NCBI GenBank assembly: GCA_050613775.1
Contig: JBODTK010000150.1
Location: forward strand, 248,001 to 312,000
Direction of reading: 5' to 3'
Source: Neocallimastix sp. 'constans'
Taxonomy: Eukaryota
DNA: 64,000 bases
Position numbers and translations under genes: made by a program. A model generated the notes under the pieces. That model had not been told where the DNA came from, made no database searches, and saw only the letters and a list, made by a program, of their open reading frames with translations. Below are positions 1 through 20,900 of the stretch, piece by piece (within the stretch, counting starts at the first letter, position 1; each line of letters begins with the position of its first letter).

Positions 1-24
1 TTACTCGAAGAGATTAGTTGCCAT
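1..24 (-). CDS. Possible first coding exon of a gene running off the left edge (MATNLFE...)
   Basis: Minus strand reads ATG GCA ACT AAT CTC TTC GA followed by GTAA, a 5' splice site. The peptide loosely resembles the N-terminus of RNA polymerase subunit RPB8 but is too short to call. Confidence 0.3.
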   Translation of the reverse strand: MATNLFE

Positions 25-168
25 AATGAGATTTTTTGAATTAAAATTTAACAAAATTAAACTAAATTCGATTAATTAAAACTTGTAAACTTAAATATAA
101 GCTAAACTAAAATTAATTATTGTAACAAATGTCGATTTCATGAAAGTTATTATTTACTATACCACAAG

Positions 169-213
<45 letters not shown>

Positions 214-569
214 TATATTAGGAATACTAATATTTCAAATAAATCTTATAGCAACTATAGCCTTTTTCACAGTGAATTAAAATTTAAGAATTAGTATTAT
301 AATAAAAGCAACTAATTCAGGTTAATGCAAGGAATTTATAATTTAATTATTAAGACAAACAACTAATAGAAAATTTATTATATTTTTTAATTATATAATA
401 TCTTAATACTAATTCTAAGGATTAATATTACATGAATTCATACATTTTTATATTATAATTGAATATTGAATATTTGAATATTTATAATATAAATAATCAA
501 ATGTTTAATATTACCAAAAATATATTAAATTGATTAAATCAAAATATAACTAACATTCAGTTATATTTT

Positions 570-665
570 GACCTGTAGCTTAGTGGAAGGTACCCTGGAT
601 CGAACGGGTAATAGAAACAAACACAACTGAGATCCTGGCCAGTGAACCAAGAGGTAATCTCCTGA
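570..665. other. Unexplained GC-rich island with two hairpins; candidate structured RNA or SINE-like remnant
   Basis: About 95 bp near 45-50% GC in very AT-rich flanks. Contains TAGCTTAGTGG (Pol III A-box-like), a TACCC-N10-GGGTA hairpin and an imperfect GAGAT...ATCTC hairpin. No cloverleaf could be built. Confidence 0.3.
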
Positions 666-1167
666 TTAGTATATTTTTTCATATTGAATTTTGATATTAA
701 CAATTACTAATGAGTTATTGAATCAGTAAAATCCTTACCTTTAGTAAATATAACGCTTAAAATGAGAAATGTTATTTATATTTTGTTATGTGTTTATTTA
801 TTTATTTTATAGCTTTCACATTATGAAAGACCTATTCATTAAAGAATAAGTCATTACATATTATTTATAATCATTTTTCTATAAGAGTCTAACATTATTG
901 GTAACATATAACATTACAATGAATGATACTATCCGATATAGATAATTTACATTTAATAATATAGTATAATATGCAATGTAACTGAACACATAACTACAAT
1001 ATTTAACAATTATTACTAAAAATTTTTAATGAAAATAAAATAATTTTCTAAATTCAAAATTAAATTAATAAATAAAATTTCTATAAAATATATATATATA
1101 TTTCATAAATTATTTTAAAATAAATAAATAAAAAAAATATATATGTAAATAATGATTAATAATTGTA

Positions 1168-1198
<31 letters not shown>

Positions 1199-1502
1199 TA
1201 TGAAGAACAAAAAAAAATAATGAAAAAAGTTTCCCCTTTAGTTTAATATATAATATTACATTTTATTTTTTATTTTTAATAATTTGTTAATAACTCTTTC
1301 TAGTTATTAAATTATTAAAATTTTTGTTATAAATTATTTATATCAATCGTATACTTTTAAATATATTTTTAAAATAATAATTTATTTTTATTTTTATTAA
1401 TTTACATATTAAAAAAAAAAAAAATTGATAGTTTTATTATTAATAATATTTGTTGTTAAGATATATTGATTAAAATTAAATTATAGTAACAAAATATAGG
1501 TA

Positions 1503-1540
<38 letters not shown>

Positions 1541-1643
1541 AAAGTTAAAATAATTATTTACTATAAATAATAAATTAAACTTTTATTATATATATATATA
1601 TAAAAGACAAAAAAAAAACAGGAGTAATCATATTATTTAAAAG

Positions 1644-1680
<37 letters not shown>

Positions 1681-2021
1681 GCATGTACTGATTAAAATAG
1701 ATTAATAATGATATATATATATATTATATATATGTATATTTTTGATATAATTTTTAGTTTGAAATTTTTATGTTTTTTTTTTTTTTTTTTTTATTATTAT
1801 TCTTATTCTTATTCTTACTATTAATTTGTGTAATTATTTTTGTTGTATTGATGATAAAAGCAATAAAATCATACTATTCTTTATTACTTTTAAAAATAAT
1901 ATATATTATTATTTATAGATATTATTTATCATTCTAGAATAAATATATATGTATATATATATGTATATACATTATTTTTTTATTTGTTTAATGTTTTTTC
2001 CTTCTTTTTCCTTTTATTTAT

Positions 2022-7183
<5,162 letters not shown>

Positions 7184-7851
7184 TTTATATAATATTAATA
7201 TTGTACTAATTTAAGCCAAAAGAAAAAATATTTAATTTATTTATATTGATATATATTAATATTATTGATATTGAAGTAAATAACTATTTATTTTAATAAT
7301 TATTAGATAAAATTGATATATTGATTAATTTATATATATAAATATTTGATAGTGATGAAAGTTTTTTTTCTTTTTTATAATTATTATTATTCTTTTTTGT
7401 AGTTATTTAATTGTTATAGGAATAGGGAAAGCATTATGAATAGTTTTTTCCTTTTTTTTTTTTTTTTCAATAGAATATCATATAAATTATATATATTATT
7501 TTTTTTTCCTTGAAAATACTTTAATAAATATATTTTTAATTATTTATAAATAATTTTTGTGATTATTTTTTTTTTTTTTTTGGAATATAATATAAAGATT
7601 ATATCATAAAAAGAAATAATTATAAATATAAGGATATAGTATTCATATTTAATTTTTTAGGATAGTATGATAAAGTGTGTATTATTATTGTTAATAAAAT
7701 AATAAGTTATGATGCTATTTAATATGTATCATTAAATGACCCAAATTAATAAAAAAAATTTTTTATTAACTTCATTAATAAATAGTATATAAAGTTCAAT
7801 AATATGAATTAATCAATACATATATATATATAATATATATATAAATATATA

Positions 7852-7896
<45 letters not shown>

Positions 7897-8244
7897 AATA
7901 TATAAAATAAAATGAATATATAAATATCTAGTAATAAATTAAAATTATAGCATAAATATAAATATAAATATGAGAATACGAGTATATTCAAAATATTATT
8001 AATTTTATATAATTCTAATTTTAATCTTTTTTTTTTTTTGGTTCAAATTTTTTAAATTTTTTTTTTTTAAATATCATGGATATTCTTTTTAATATTTATT
8101 TTTGGAGAATATGATTAATTCATATAATATATTATATATAATTAATTAGTGAAATTATATTAATTTTATTTTTTTTTTTATTTTTTTTTTGTTATTTATT
8201 ATTATAATTTTTGTTTAATATTACTATTATATTTTTTTAATGAT

Positions 8245-8282
<38 letters not shown>

Positions 8283-9081
8283 TTTCTTTATATAAATATT
8301 ATTATCAAGGAAATAAAAAAAAAATATACATATGTATGAAATATAAAAAAAAACTTTTACTTTTTAAAGTTTATGACAAATTTTTATAAAAAATTTTTGA
8401 TATTTTTTCTTTAGAAATTCATCTCATATATTTTAATTTAAAACTGAAATTCAGACAATACTATATTATTTTAAAAATTCATTTTAAATTATTTTTTATT
8501 ATTTCATACTGTTTTATATAATTAAATATTATTTCACATTACTTTTATATTAGATACAAAATATATATATTAAGAGCATATAATTCTTGTATAATATTTA
8601 TATTCATATTTATAGGTAATTTAATGGATATCTAAAAATATTTTTTTAATGATTTACATTAAAAAAAACTTTAAATATGTTTAAGTAAACATATTTAAAA
8701 TTCATGTATAGTATATGAAAAGAGAAAATGATTTTTTTTCATTATTAAAAAAAAAAATCTAAAATAATTCTAAAATAAAATTTTAAATAATATAAAATTT
8801 AAATATTTTAATATCTTAAACTATTTTAATTATAATTAATATATATATTTTTAATTTAATAAAAATAAATTAACCATACTAATTGTGATCTTTTTTTTTT
8901 TTTTTATAGAAGAAAATTTATAAACATATTATATTTAAATATTCAACAAAAATTATAGTCAATATTATATTAAAAAAAAAAGACTAAAAAAAAAAATACA
9001 TCATAAAAATATTAAATTTATTATATTTGATATATATATATATTTAAATATTTCGATTTTTCCTAATAAGATAATGAAACA

Positions 9082-9257
<176 letters not shown>

Positions 9258-12200
9258 AATTTTAATTTTATTTTTAAAAAGTTTGATTAAAAAAAGAAAT
9301 AAGATTATTAATAATAAATTACTATACTATATATAAATATATAAGTAAGAAATATAAATAATAAGAATAAGAATATGAAAGAATGTCAATATATATAATT
9401 TTTGTAATTTATTAAAATTTTGAATTTTTATTTTGAAATACTTTATTTTATAATTTTTATAATTATAAAATGAATAAATATTTGAAATAATAATATTTAA
9501 TAATAAATATGAATTAACTTAAATTATCATTCATAATAATATTTGTAATTTATTTTATTAAAATTACTTAATATATTTAAAAAATTAAATTTTATTATTA
9601 ATATTTTGATTTAACATAACCAAAAATAAAGATGGACTTAAACACATATTTAAATATTTTTACTTAAAGTTTTTAATAAAAATTTATAGAATAATACTAT
9701 TCTATGATTAAAAGGGTTAAATTAAAAACAAAAAACTTTAAATATATTCCTTTTAATTAAATCTTTTTTTTTTTTTTTTACATAATTACGAAATAAATAT
9801 TTACACAAAAATTCTTTTGTATTTAGGATTTATTCATTTGCTTACTTATAGACAAAATAAACATTAAAAATTACTAAATTTTCATTAGATATTATTTATT
9901 TTATATATATATATATCAATTTTTATATATATATATATATCAACATCTTATATATATATATAAATTTATTTTTCTACTATAATTTGATTGTTTAAAGTTA
10001 TAGATTAAATAATTATATTAATTATTACTATAATTACTATTGTCTATATTTATGAATAATAAATTACTAATTGATATTATTTGAACTATGTTATAATCAT
10101 TTCTTGTATTTTTCCTTTTCTTATCAATTTTTTTTATTAACGAATCAATTCCTACATGAATACATAAAAGTACCATAATTACATAATCATCCAAAAAAAA
10201 AAAAAAAAAAATACATGATAATATAATATTATAGTACTATATGTATTATTACTAATTTTGTTAAACGATATTCTAAATAAAAATTTTTTAACAATTTTTA
10301 TTTATTTAGTTATTTATTCATTCATTTATTTATTTAAAAATTATTTTATCAATAATTTACCCATACTAATTTTTCATTATTCCTTTATATTTTTTCATTT
10401 TATACAGTTTATATATTCATTAAGATATCTAATTTTATAATTTATTTATATATATCATAACTACTATTGATATACGAATAATAACTAATACTCTTAACTA
10501 TCATTATGTGAATATTATTGGCTATCATTAATATATTTTAATGATAAAAACTATAATTGACTATTATTTTATTTTAGCTATAATTGGTATTATTATTATT
10601 AATATTATTTTTATTATATTTATAGTTCAGAAAAATTATTAATAAGTTTTTAGACTTTAAATATTCATAATTTCTTTTAGTATTTTTTTTTTTAAATATT
10701 GATATATTTTATCTAGTAATAAAACTCTCACATCATACTCATTATTACTATATTTTTTAGCATTTAAAGTTGTGTATTTTTTTATTATTGTTTGTCATTC
10801 AGTTAAATATTTAATCAAATAGGATTCTAAATGGAATTAAAATAACTAATGAGAAACAATATGAAGAAAATATAGATAAATAATCTGGTGAATGTTTTGA
10901 TAAATGATTTTATATATATCTTAAAAAATAATTTAAAAAATAATTTGAATAATGATTTGAAAAATAATGAATATTTGAATTAGTTGATAATGATTTTATT
11001 ATTATATTAAAATAATTACTTTTATATTTTTAATTAATTATTGGCCTTATATGGTTAATTAATTATAATTCATTTTTTATTTCAATTATATATGATACAG
11101 TATATTAGTACCTAAACTTTTAATATTAATTATTGAATATATATTAGTTTATCATGATTTCTTTCTGTATTTTATATAAATTTTTTATTTGGAATTATAT
11201 AGTTTATTTATGGATTTTAGATTTTTAATTTTTTATTATTTAACTTTGATATAATGATTATTATTTTTTAATTATTAAATTAATTTCTTTAAAAAGATAC
11301 GTAATATTCGAAATAGGTTTTTTGAGATGTTTGATTAACATTAATGAAATAATGAATTTAATATGTATTCATTTTTATTCTTTGGATATCTAAGTATAAA
11401 ATTTGATATTTTTTGAATAATTATTATTATTTTTAAATTGTAATAAATTAATTATTATAATATCACAATTGTATAGATATTTGAAATTTAAACTTTGATA
11501 GAATAAAATAATTATTAATTCCTTCATATAAACTCTTCCTAATATATTTTATCATATATTCTAAAATAATTTAATATTTTTACTAACTATGTTTCATATG
11601 TACATATATCAAAAAAAAAAAAATGTGTTACTGTCATAGCTATTATCTAAAAAAATTGTTTCATCATCTATACTAATTTATATATATATATGTCTCTAAT
11701 TTTTTTTATTTTAAATTCATATTTGTTATATTTCATTCTATTTTAAATTTTTTGTCCTAATAATAGAATAATATCTCTATATATTGTTTTTAAATCAAAT
11801 TTGCTAGCTCTTTTTTATTAAATTTCTTTTTTTTTTTTTTTTTTTATTTTTTTTTGTTCACTTCACTAACAATGAATAGTAGAATTGTTGCATTAATGCT
11901 CCACAAATAACTTTTCATCATTATTAATAAATTGTATAAATTGTTATTATTTGTTAAGAAAAAAAAATTTAATTTTATTTGAATATATCAGTTTTCATAA
12001 ATAAATAATACATTTTTATTTCTATCAAATTTATCCTTTTTTTAAAGCACCTATTAATTATTAATAATAGCTTTATTATTTTTATTTTTATATAATTCGT
12101 CAATTTTGTTTATAAATTTTTCAGCATAATATATATACATAAATATATATATACATTTTTATTTGATAATAAATTATGTATTTTTAGTTTTCCATTTTAA

Positions 12201-13275
12201 TTTAAAATCATATAAATAAATTTATAATTTATTTTAAAATAAAATTTAGATGAAAATATTTTTTATATTAATAAAGAAAATTTCCTATATATATTTTCTC
12301 TTTTTTTTTGTTTTTATTATTTTTTTCATAATATAATTTCATCTTATTAAATATATATTTTATTTATTTTTATTTATTATAATAACCTATTAAATAGATA
12401 TTTTAAAGAAAATATTTATAATAAAAAAAATCTTAAATTCGTAATTTGCTTTAAAGTTTTTAGAAAAATTTTCAATATATTAATTAATAAATAATATTAA
12501 ACCATTTATAATTTTTATATAATATATATTATACAAAACACATTACTTTAAATTCGTTATTATATATTTTATTATTTTTATTTTTGTTTTTGTTTTTATT
12601 TATTTATTTATTTATTTTTTGTTTATTTATATTTATTTATTTATATATATTTATTTATTTTATTTTATTTTTTTTTTATTAAAATAGTTCTATTTCAATA
12701 TAAAGTAAATACTTAATATTGATTTATAAGAATATTTCTAAAAAAAAATAATTATAAGAATAAAATAAAAAATGATAATTATAATAATAGAAGTAATATT
12801 AATAATGAACAAATATAAGAAATAATAACAAATAAAATAATAAAAATATTTAATTGTACTAAAAGTAAATTATACTCAATAAATGTAAATAATTTAATAT
12901 TATGCCCCTATGAATTTTTTTTTTATTATTTTATTAAAAAATTTTTAAAGCATATTATAATAACTGGTCCTATAATATAAATAAAAAAGTTTTCATTTTA
13001 TTGTTACATAACCTTAATTTTAATAATTTTTGAAAATATTTTTTAAATTATTAAGATAAATTTTTTATTTATTTATAACAATATATTTATTTTTAGATTT
13101 ATTAAATAAATATTAGAAAAAGAATAAAAAATATGACAAAAGTGAAGTAATAATAAATATAAAATTAATTTATTATAATAAATACATATTTATTATAAAC
13201 CGATAAAAAAAAAAAAAATAAAAAGAAAAGAAAAGAAAAGAATTTTTGTAATTTTATAAATATCTATATGTAATA

Positions 13276-16200
13276 ATGACAATATTAAGATCATATCAAG
13301 CTTCATCATTACTACCGGAAAAAATTATAAACCCATATAATTCAAAGCAGTCTTATCATTTTTCAACACAATCAAAGGAAAAAGATGAAGAAGAGTTTTG
13401 TGAAAAAATACATGAAACAATAAATGATTTAGATAATAATTATGCCTCTGATGATGAAAATGGAGAAAAAACGAGGGCTTATAGAAAAAGACAAAATACT
13501 TTATATCAGCCATCAAAAGCACTACAAATTACATTATCTACATTAATAATTTTATATGTATGTTTTATTTATTTATTTATTTATTTATTTATTTTTTATT
13601 TATTTATTTATTTATTTATTTATCTATTTATCTATTTATATATATCTTTATTTATTTATTTTTTTTTTTGTTTTGTTTTTTGTTATTTATACCATTATTT
13701 AAAATATAATATAATTAATAATCAGTAAAAAAAAAAATAATTAATATTCAATATATAATATAAATTTAAATTATTGATTGTTAAAAATATAATAATATAT
13801 AATTTATTATTATCTATTTAAGATTCTTGTTCAAGTAATATTTTTCCCATTTTTTATTCAAAATTACAATATATTGAGTGATAGTGAAGGAGATGGAGTA
13901 AAGTTATTATTTCCACAATATACTGTAGATAATGAACGTACACATGTTGGATATTTTAATTCAAAAATTGTATATTCATTTAATAAATCCACTAACTCTA
14001 TTGAAACGTCAAAATCATCAAATAATATATATTTAACATGGAAAACCTTTTTAAAAGATCCTGGAATGAATTATATTTTAAAAACTTTATATTTAATTGC
14101 ATTAACTTTCTCTGTAATTGCTGCAGTATTACATCTTTCCCAGTTAAAAAGTCATAAAAGGAGTTCATTAATTATTCAAACAGTGTTATATATTTTTAAT
14201 CTCATAATACATTTTATGCTTCTATCAAAACCATCTGGTGATCGATTAATTATCCAACTAACGCTTTCATGCATTAATTTATGTATATTGGTACTTTTAA
14301 GAAATTTATTTTTAATCAAATATTTATATTAAATTATTAATAATTATAAATATTACATATGAATTATTTATATTATTATTAATATGATAAAATTTAATTT
14401 AGATTCCATTGTTATATCTTACAAACAGAATTATAACCTCGTCTCGACGATTCGGTTACTATGTTAGATATCCAATTTTAGATTTAATATCTAGAGCATT
14501 TTCTTTAAAAATAGATGAAAATTCAGATAATAATAAATCTGAAGAATCTAACGTCAGTAGAATTGAAGAAAATAATACTGAACATGGAGCAAGCAGTAGT
14601 GAGAAGAAAAATAAAAGTTCGTCACCTAAAAGCAAAGAAGATGATAAAAAAATATTAACAGATATTATTAAGGATATTGATAATTCATTAGAAATGCAAT
14701 CAGCAAGAAAACAAATGAAACAGCGCGTTGATAAAGGGCATAGACTATTTAGTATAATAGTTATTATTTTAGTTATTATTCTTTTTGGAAATTTTTTATT
14801 GGAATTTATAAAAATTATGAATACTCAAGGAGAATTCTTTCCAAAAACTGTTTCAGGTGGCATGAATGCAGAAAGAGATAGAATTCAACATAAATATAAG
14901 CCTTTATTTGATAAATATTTTAAAAGTAAAAATAAAGTAGAAATTGTCTTACTAGATGGGCTTCGTTATGACAAATTTTTAGAGCATCCAACATTTAAAG
15001 AAATAATTACAAATCGAAATATAATGAAAGACGCAAAATATTATAATATAACCTGTTCTTTACCGTCAATGTCGTTACCAAATTGGTTATCAATTATGAC
15101 AGGATCACCGCCTGAAATACATGGCCTTTTAAATAATATTTTAGCTCCAGAAACAACATATGATACAATATTTGGAAGAGTTATATCGAACAATGGAACA
15201 TTTTGTGGTATTACTGGTTCTACTACTTTTCCAGCTTTAGTTAAAAGTCAACTTTCACCATTAGTAGGTGATGGTGGAGTGGCTCCATCATTTGGTCCTC
15301 ATGGAAGTAGTACTAATGCCTATTATGCAGATATTGAACGAATGAAAATTACAAGACAAGCAATGACTGGATCAATTAAATTTGATTTGTTTCTAACTCA
15401 TTTTTCAGATATAGATATTCAAGGGCATGCTTATGGAGTTACTCCAGAATATAATAAAGATAATACATATTATAAAGCTTGTACAGCAAAGGGATTGCTT
15501 GTAAAAGAAATTTTAAATATTGCTGACGAAAATACAATTGTTATAATAATTTCGGATCATGGACAAGTAGATGCTGGGGGTCACGGAGGTACACACGAAC
15601 AAAATATGGTGGTACCTCTTATGGTTTATAAAAAGAATTCGAAATTTGGTAGTTTTAAGGGAGTGGATTACTTTCCTCAAGAAACATGGAATAATTTAGA
15701 TATTGCTGCTACTGTCACCGGATTATTAGGCTACCCTGCACCTGCCCAGGGTGAAGGTCGAATGATTACTTCATGGATTGAAGGCTTAGTTAATTCATCA
15801 AATTCTAAGGAACTTATTCGAATATTATTACGTGATTTATTATTACAAAAACAAATATATGTTATTAATTTATTTAAAACCATGGGAATGGGACCAACCG
15901 AATTCCCTGAAATTTTAAAAAGAAATCCATTAAATGATAATAATTCTAATGATTCGGAAAAATATGCTCAAGAAATTCAACAAATAATTGATATTTATAA
16001 AAGTGTAAGAAAAAGATTTATATATACTCATATTATTAGAAATGCCATTCTTGATTTAATTTTTATTATTCTTGCCATTACATTTCAAGTATGGATTATG
16101 GAAAGATATACATTTACTTTTCCATTAAATCTTTTTACCGAAATCAATAAAAATAGTTCTAAAGAAATTTGGTATAATGATTTGAAAGAAGTAGTTTCTA

Positions 16201-17210
16201 ATAATAGAAAATCAGCAGTTTATACATTCATTATTATATCTTTCCAATTTATTCTCTCCTTATTTGTATTTTTTGCATATTATTTAATTAAAGGTTATGG
16301 TATTCCAGATTCTACTGTACTTCATCATCCTAAAGTAATACCAGAATTTTTAATTGCATTGTTAAGTGTTGCAATTATTTTACAGATAATATTTGGAAGA
16401 TTATTTGTTCTCCTTTTTGTTGTATGGAATCCAAAAAAAAGAATTCATTATCAAAAGAAATCATTATTTCAAAAAATTCTTATAAGTATTAGAATGCTTT
16501 ATTCTAATAAAAAGTTAGAATATTCTAATGTTCAAATGGTCTATCTTATGAAAGAATATGCTTTCTTGTGGACAACAGTTTTTATATGTATATGTTTATT
16601 ATTAAGTTCTGCTTATACATTTATTATCCCAAATACTTTTAATATTCCATTTGTTATTCCAAAATTCTGGAATTTAAAATTTAGAGTATTGTCATTACAA
16701 TGTATAAGTATCCCAATTATTATTGGTCACTTAATTGGATTAATTAATTGGCCACCAGATTCACAAACAAATGAAGATATTCATTTTTTTGATGGAATTT
16801 ATAAAATGGGTGCAATTAAATTTATGTATACAAATATGAAAATTACAGATAATAATAAACAAAAAATATATCCGTTATCTACAAATAATTGTAAATCTGA
16901 AAAAGAAAAAGAAAAAAATAGTAATAATAATTCATCAAATGAATTGCTTATATCAAATAAATTAAAAGAGAGTTCTGAAACTATAATTACTTTAAATAAT
17001 GATACTATAAATAAAAGATTAACAAATAGAAAGAAATCTACATATTCTATAATAATGAATTCAGAAGATTACTCTAAGTATTTTGGTGATTATTATTCTG
17101 TATTTAATAGTAATTATTTGAAATACTTTAAGGTTAGAAATTTGGTTGATATTGTTTTAAGAAAGAAAAAAGATGATTTAGAAAACGATAAATTGTCAAA
17201 ACAAGATTAG
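13276..17210 (+). CDS. Multi-pass membrane protein with alkaline phosphatase/type I phosphodiesterase superfamily domain (~1185 aa, 3 exons)
   Basis: Exons 13276-13557, 13823-14290 and 14403-17210 join in frame via GT..AG, all phase 0. Motifs VLLDGLRYD, LPSMSLPNWLSIMTGSPPEIHG, THFSDIDIQGHAYG, ISDHGQVDAGGHGG and DIAATVTGLLG are the metal-binding and nucleophile motifs of the superfamily. Hydrophobic segments lie on both sides of the domain. Confidence 0.8.
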
Positions 17211-17959
17211 AAAAGAAATTATATATATTTTTTTATTTTTTTTTCTTTTTTTTCCTTTTATAATATAGTACTATTATTAAATAATTATTAAAACAAACTT
17301 TCATGTGATTTATTTAAAAACTAAAAATAATTATAATATATACCAATATGAAAAAAAAAAAAAAAAAAAAAAAGCTAGCAGCAACACTTAAAATTTAGTA
17401 AAATGTAGTTATTATTTAGTATTTATATTTTATAATAATTATTAATATATATATATATTTTACTGATAAATTATGGAAATAAAAATATTTATACTATCCT
17501 TAAAATTGACCAATTACTTATTATTTTTTTTTTTTTTTTTTATTTATTTTTAATATATTTCATTTTATTTTATATACATATATATCTTTTTATTTTTGTT
17601 TTTTTTTTTTCTTTTTGTTTTTTTTTTTTTTTTTCAAATGGAAAAAAAAAAATGAAAAATATCTATTTATATATATATATAATTAAATTATGTATAAAAT
17701 TAATAAATATAATTAATAAAAAATAATTACATTTAATTACATTTAACAACAATAAATATTATATGTATATATTTTTATATTTCGTACCTCAAAATTCATA
17801 ATATTAATAATATAGTTTATATATATATTATAAATTATATACAATATACAATATAATAATATATATATTAAAATTTTTTTATTAAGATTGATTTTATTAT
17901 ACATATATTTTATAATATTATAATTTTTATTTATATATATTAATATAACATAATAAAAT

Positions 17960-20900
17960 ATGGGTTCAAGGTCAAGGACAAGATCAGAATCAAGGTCAAG
18001 AACAAGATCAAGAACATCTTCAAGATCTTTTTCAAGGTCTAGGTCAAGATCTAGTTCTTCAAGTTCAAGTTCAAATTCAAGTTCAATTTCATCAGCAAAA
18101 TCTTCAGCATCAGAAAATAAAAGATCAAGAAATTTAAAAAGACGTCATGATTCAGTAAGTAGTTCAGATTCACATTCAAAATCACCAAAACATAGAAAAT
18201 ATAATTCTAAACATCATACAAGAAGTAGACGACATTCAAGATCCAAATCACTTGAAGAGCCACATAAAGATGACATTCCAAAAATTGTAGATATTGATCC
18301 AGAAAGAAAACGTGAAAGAGAAATACAACTTCGTATGCAAGCAAATATTAAACCAGATAAAAATAAGGAAACAGCAACTTCAATTGCTATTAAAAAAGGT
18401 AGAACTGGTGGAATGTATATTCCACCTGGTAGATTAAAATTAATGCAGGAGCAAATTGAAGATAAAAGTAGTGAAGCGTATCAACGAATGAGTTGGGAAG
18501 CATTAAAAAAAAGTATTAATGGTTTAATAAATAAGGTAAATACTTCTAATATTAAAAATATTATACCAGAACTTTTTAGTGAAAATTTAATTCGTGGAAG
18601 AGGTTTACTTTGTCGTAGTGTTATGAAAGCTCAGGTAGCATCATCAACATTTACTAATGTATATGCTGCAATGATTGCAGTTATTAATACAAAATTTCCA
18701 CAAATTGGTGAACTTTTATTAACTCGTTTAATTGTACAATTTAAAAGAGCATATCGTAGAAATAATAAGCAGGCATGTCTATCGTCAACATTTTTCATTG
18801 CTCATTTAGTTAATCAAAGAGTTGCCCATGAAATTATTGCATTACAAATTTTAACTCTTTTATTGGAACGTCCAACAAATGATTCAGTTGAAGTTGCAAT
18901 CGGTTTTATAAGAGAATGTGGTGCATTACTTGCAGATGTAAGTGCAAAAGCAAATAATGCAATTTTTGAAAGATTTAGATCTATTCTTCATGAAGGTCAA
19001 ATCGATAAAAGAACACAATATATGGTTGAAGTTTTATTCCAAGTTAGAAGAGATAAATATAAAGATAACCCAACAATTGTTCCAGAATTAGATTTAGTAG
19101 AAGAAGAAGATCAAATTACACATTATTTATCATTAAATGATGATTTAGATACAAATGAAATGTTAAATGTATTCCAGTTTGATAAAGAATTTCTTGAAAA
19201 TGAAGAAAAATATAATGATATTAAAAAAGAAATTCTTGGGGATTCAGATTCTGAATCTGATTCAGGTGAAGATTCCGATACTGAATCAAGTTCAGGTTCT
19301 AGTTCTGATGATTCAGACTCAGATTCAGAATCAGAATCAGATGATTCTAAAGATGCTTTACAAAAAGCTCAAGAAAAATTAGAAATTCAGGATAGAACAA
19401 ATCAAGATACAATTAATTTAAGACGTGCAATATATTTAATTATTATGTCAAGTTTAAACTTTGAAGAATGTGCTCATAAATTAATGAAATTAGATATTAA
19501 AGAAGGTCAAGAAAATGAATTAGTTGAAATGATTATTGAATGTTGTAGTCAAGAAAAAACTTATATTAGTATGTATGGTTTATTAGGAGAAAGATTCTGT
19601 AAGATTAATAAAGTTTGGGCAGAAAAATTTATGGAATCTTTTGAAACCCATTACAAAACAATTCATCGTTTCGAAACCAATAATCTTAGAAATATTGCAA
19701 AATTTTTTGCACATTTATTAGCTTCAGATGCTATTTCATGGAATGTTTTTGCATTAATACGTTTAACTGAAAGTAGTACTACTTCAAGTTCACGTATTTT
19801 TATTAAAATTTTATTCCAAGAATTAAGTGAATCTTTAGGTTTGAAAAAATTAAATGAACGCCTCAAGGATGAAACTATGGTTATTGAAGTTAATACGCCA
19901 GCTGGTACGGTAACCAGAGGTGTATTCGATGGTCTCTTCCCTAAAGACAATCCAAAAGATACCCGTTTCGCCATTAATTATTTCACTAGTATTGGTTTAG
20001 GTGGTTTGACAGATGAATTACGTGAGCATCTTAAGAATGCACCAAAATTAATTATGCAACAAAAGCGTGAGTTAGAAGATTCAGATTCTTCTTCTTCTTC
20101 TTCTTCTTCTTCATCTTCCTCTAGTTCATCCTATGATTCTTACGACTCTTATGATTCTTCAAGTTCATCAGGATCATCCTCCTCTTCAGATTCTTATGAT
20201 TCAAGTTCAGGTTATGATTCATATGATTCTAGTTCTGGTTATGATTCATATGATTCTAGTTCTGGCTATGATTCTTATGATTCAAGTTCTGGATCAGACT
20301 CGGAATCAGATCATCACTCTAAACGTAGAAGCAAAGAAAATGATAAAAAGAAGGAAGATTTAAAGAAAAAAAGAGATGAAAGAAATAAGGATACCAAGGA
20401 AAATGACCAACATTCTAGACATAATGGAAATAGTTCTAGAGATCGTGATCGTAATAGTCATCGTCGTCGTAGTATATCAAGAAGTAAATCAAGAGAAACA
20501 AGAAAAGATAGATATAATAAAAGAAATGAAAACAAAGAAAAGAATAGGGATAGTAAAGAAAAAAGAGAAGAGGAAGAAGGAAGAAAAGATAAAAAAGATG
20601 ATAAAACAAGAACGAGAGATAAAGAAGAAAGTCTAAACGATAAAAACTCAAGTAGAACTCGTAGTAGAAGTCGTGATAAATCAGAAAATAAAAAGGAAAA
20701 AGAAGAAAAACAAGACATTAAAAATAAAAGGTCAATATCTAATACTTCAGAATCAAAAAAAGAATATAAGGATGAAGAAAAAATAGACATAAAAAAAGTA
20801 AAAGAAAAAGAAAAAGAAGAGGAAAAGGAAAAGGAGAAAGAAAAGGAGAAAAGAAAAAGATCATCCTCAAGAAGTCCAAGCAGACATAGAGAAAGTAAGC

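Noticed and set aside
570..665. tRNA, 5S rRNA, hammerhead or twister ribozyme call
   Set aside because: Only short partial word matches; no cloverleaf, no CUGANGA/GAAA core and no complete twister pairing could be built.
10700..11600. Possible decayed coding sequence between the kinase and membrane-protein genes
   Set aside because: No sustained frame or recognisable motif on either strand.
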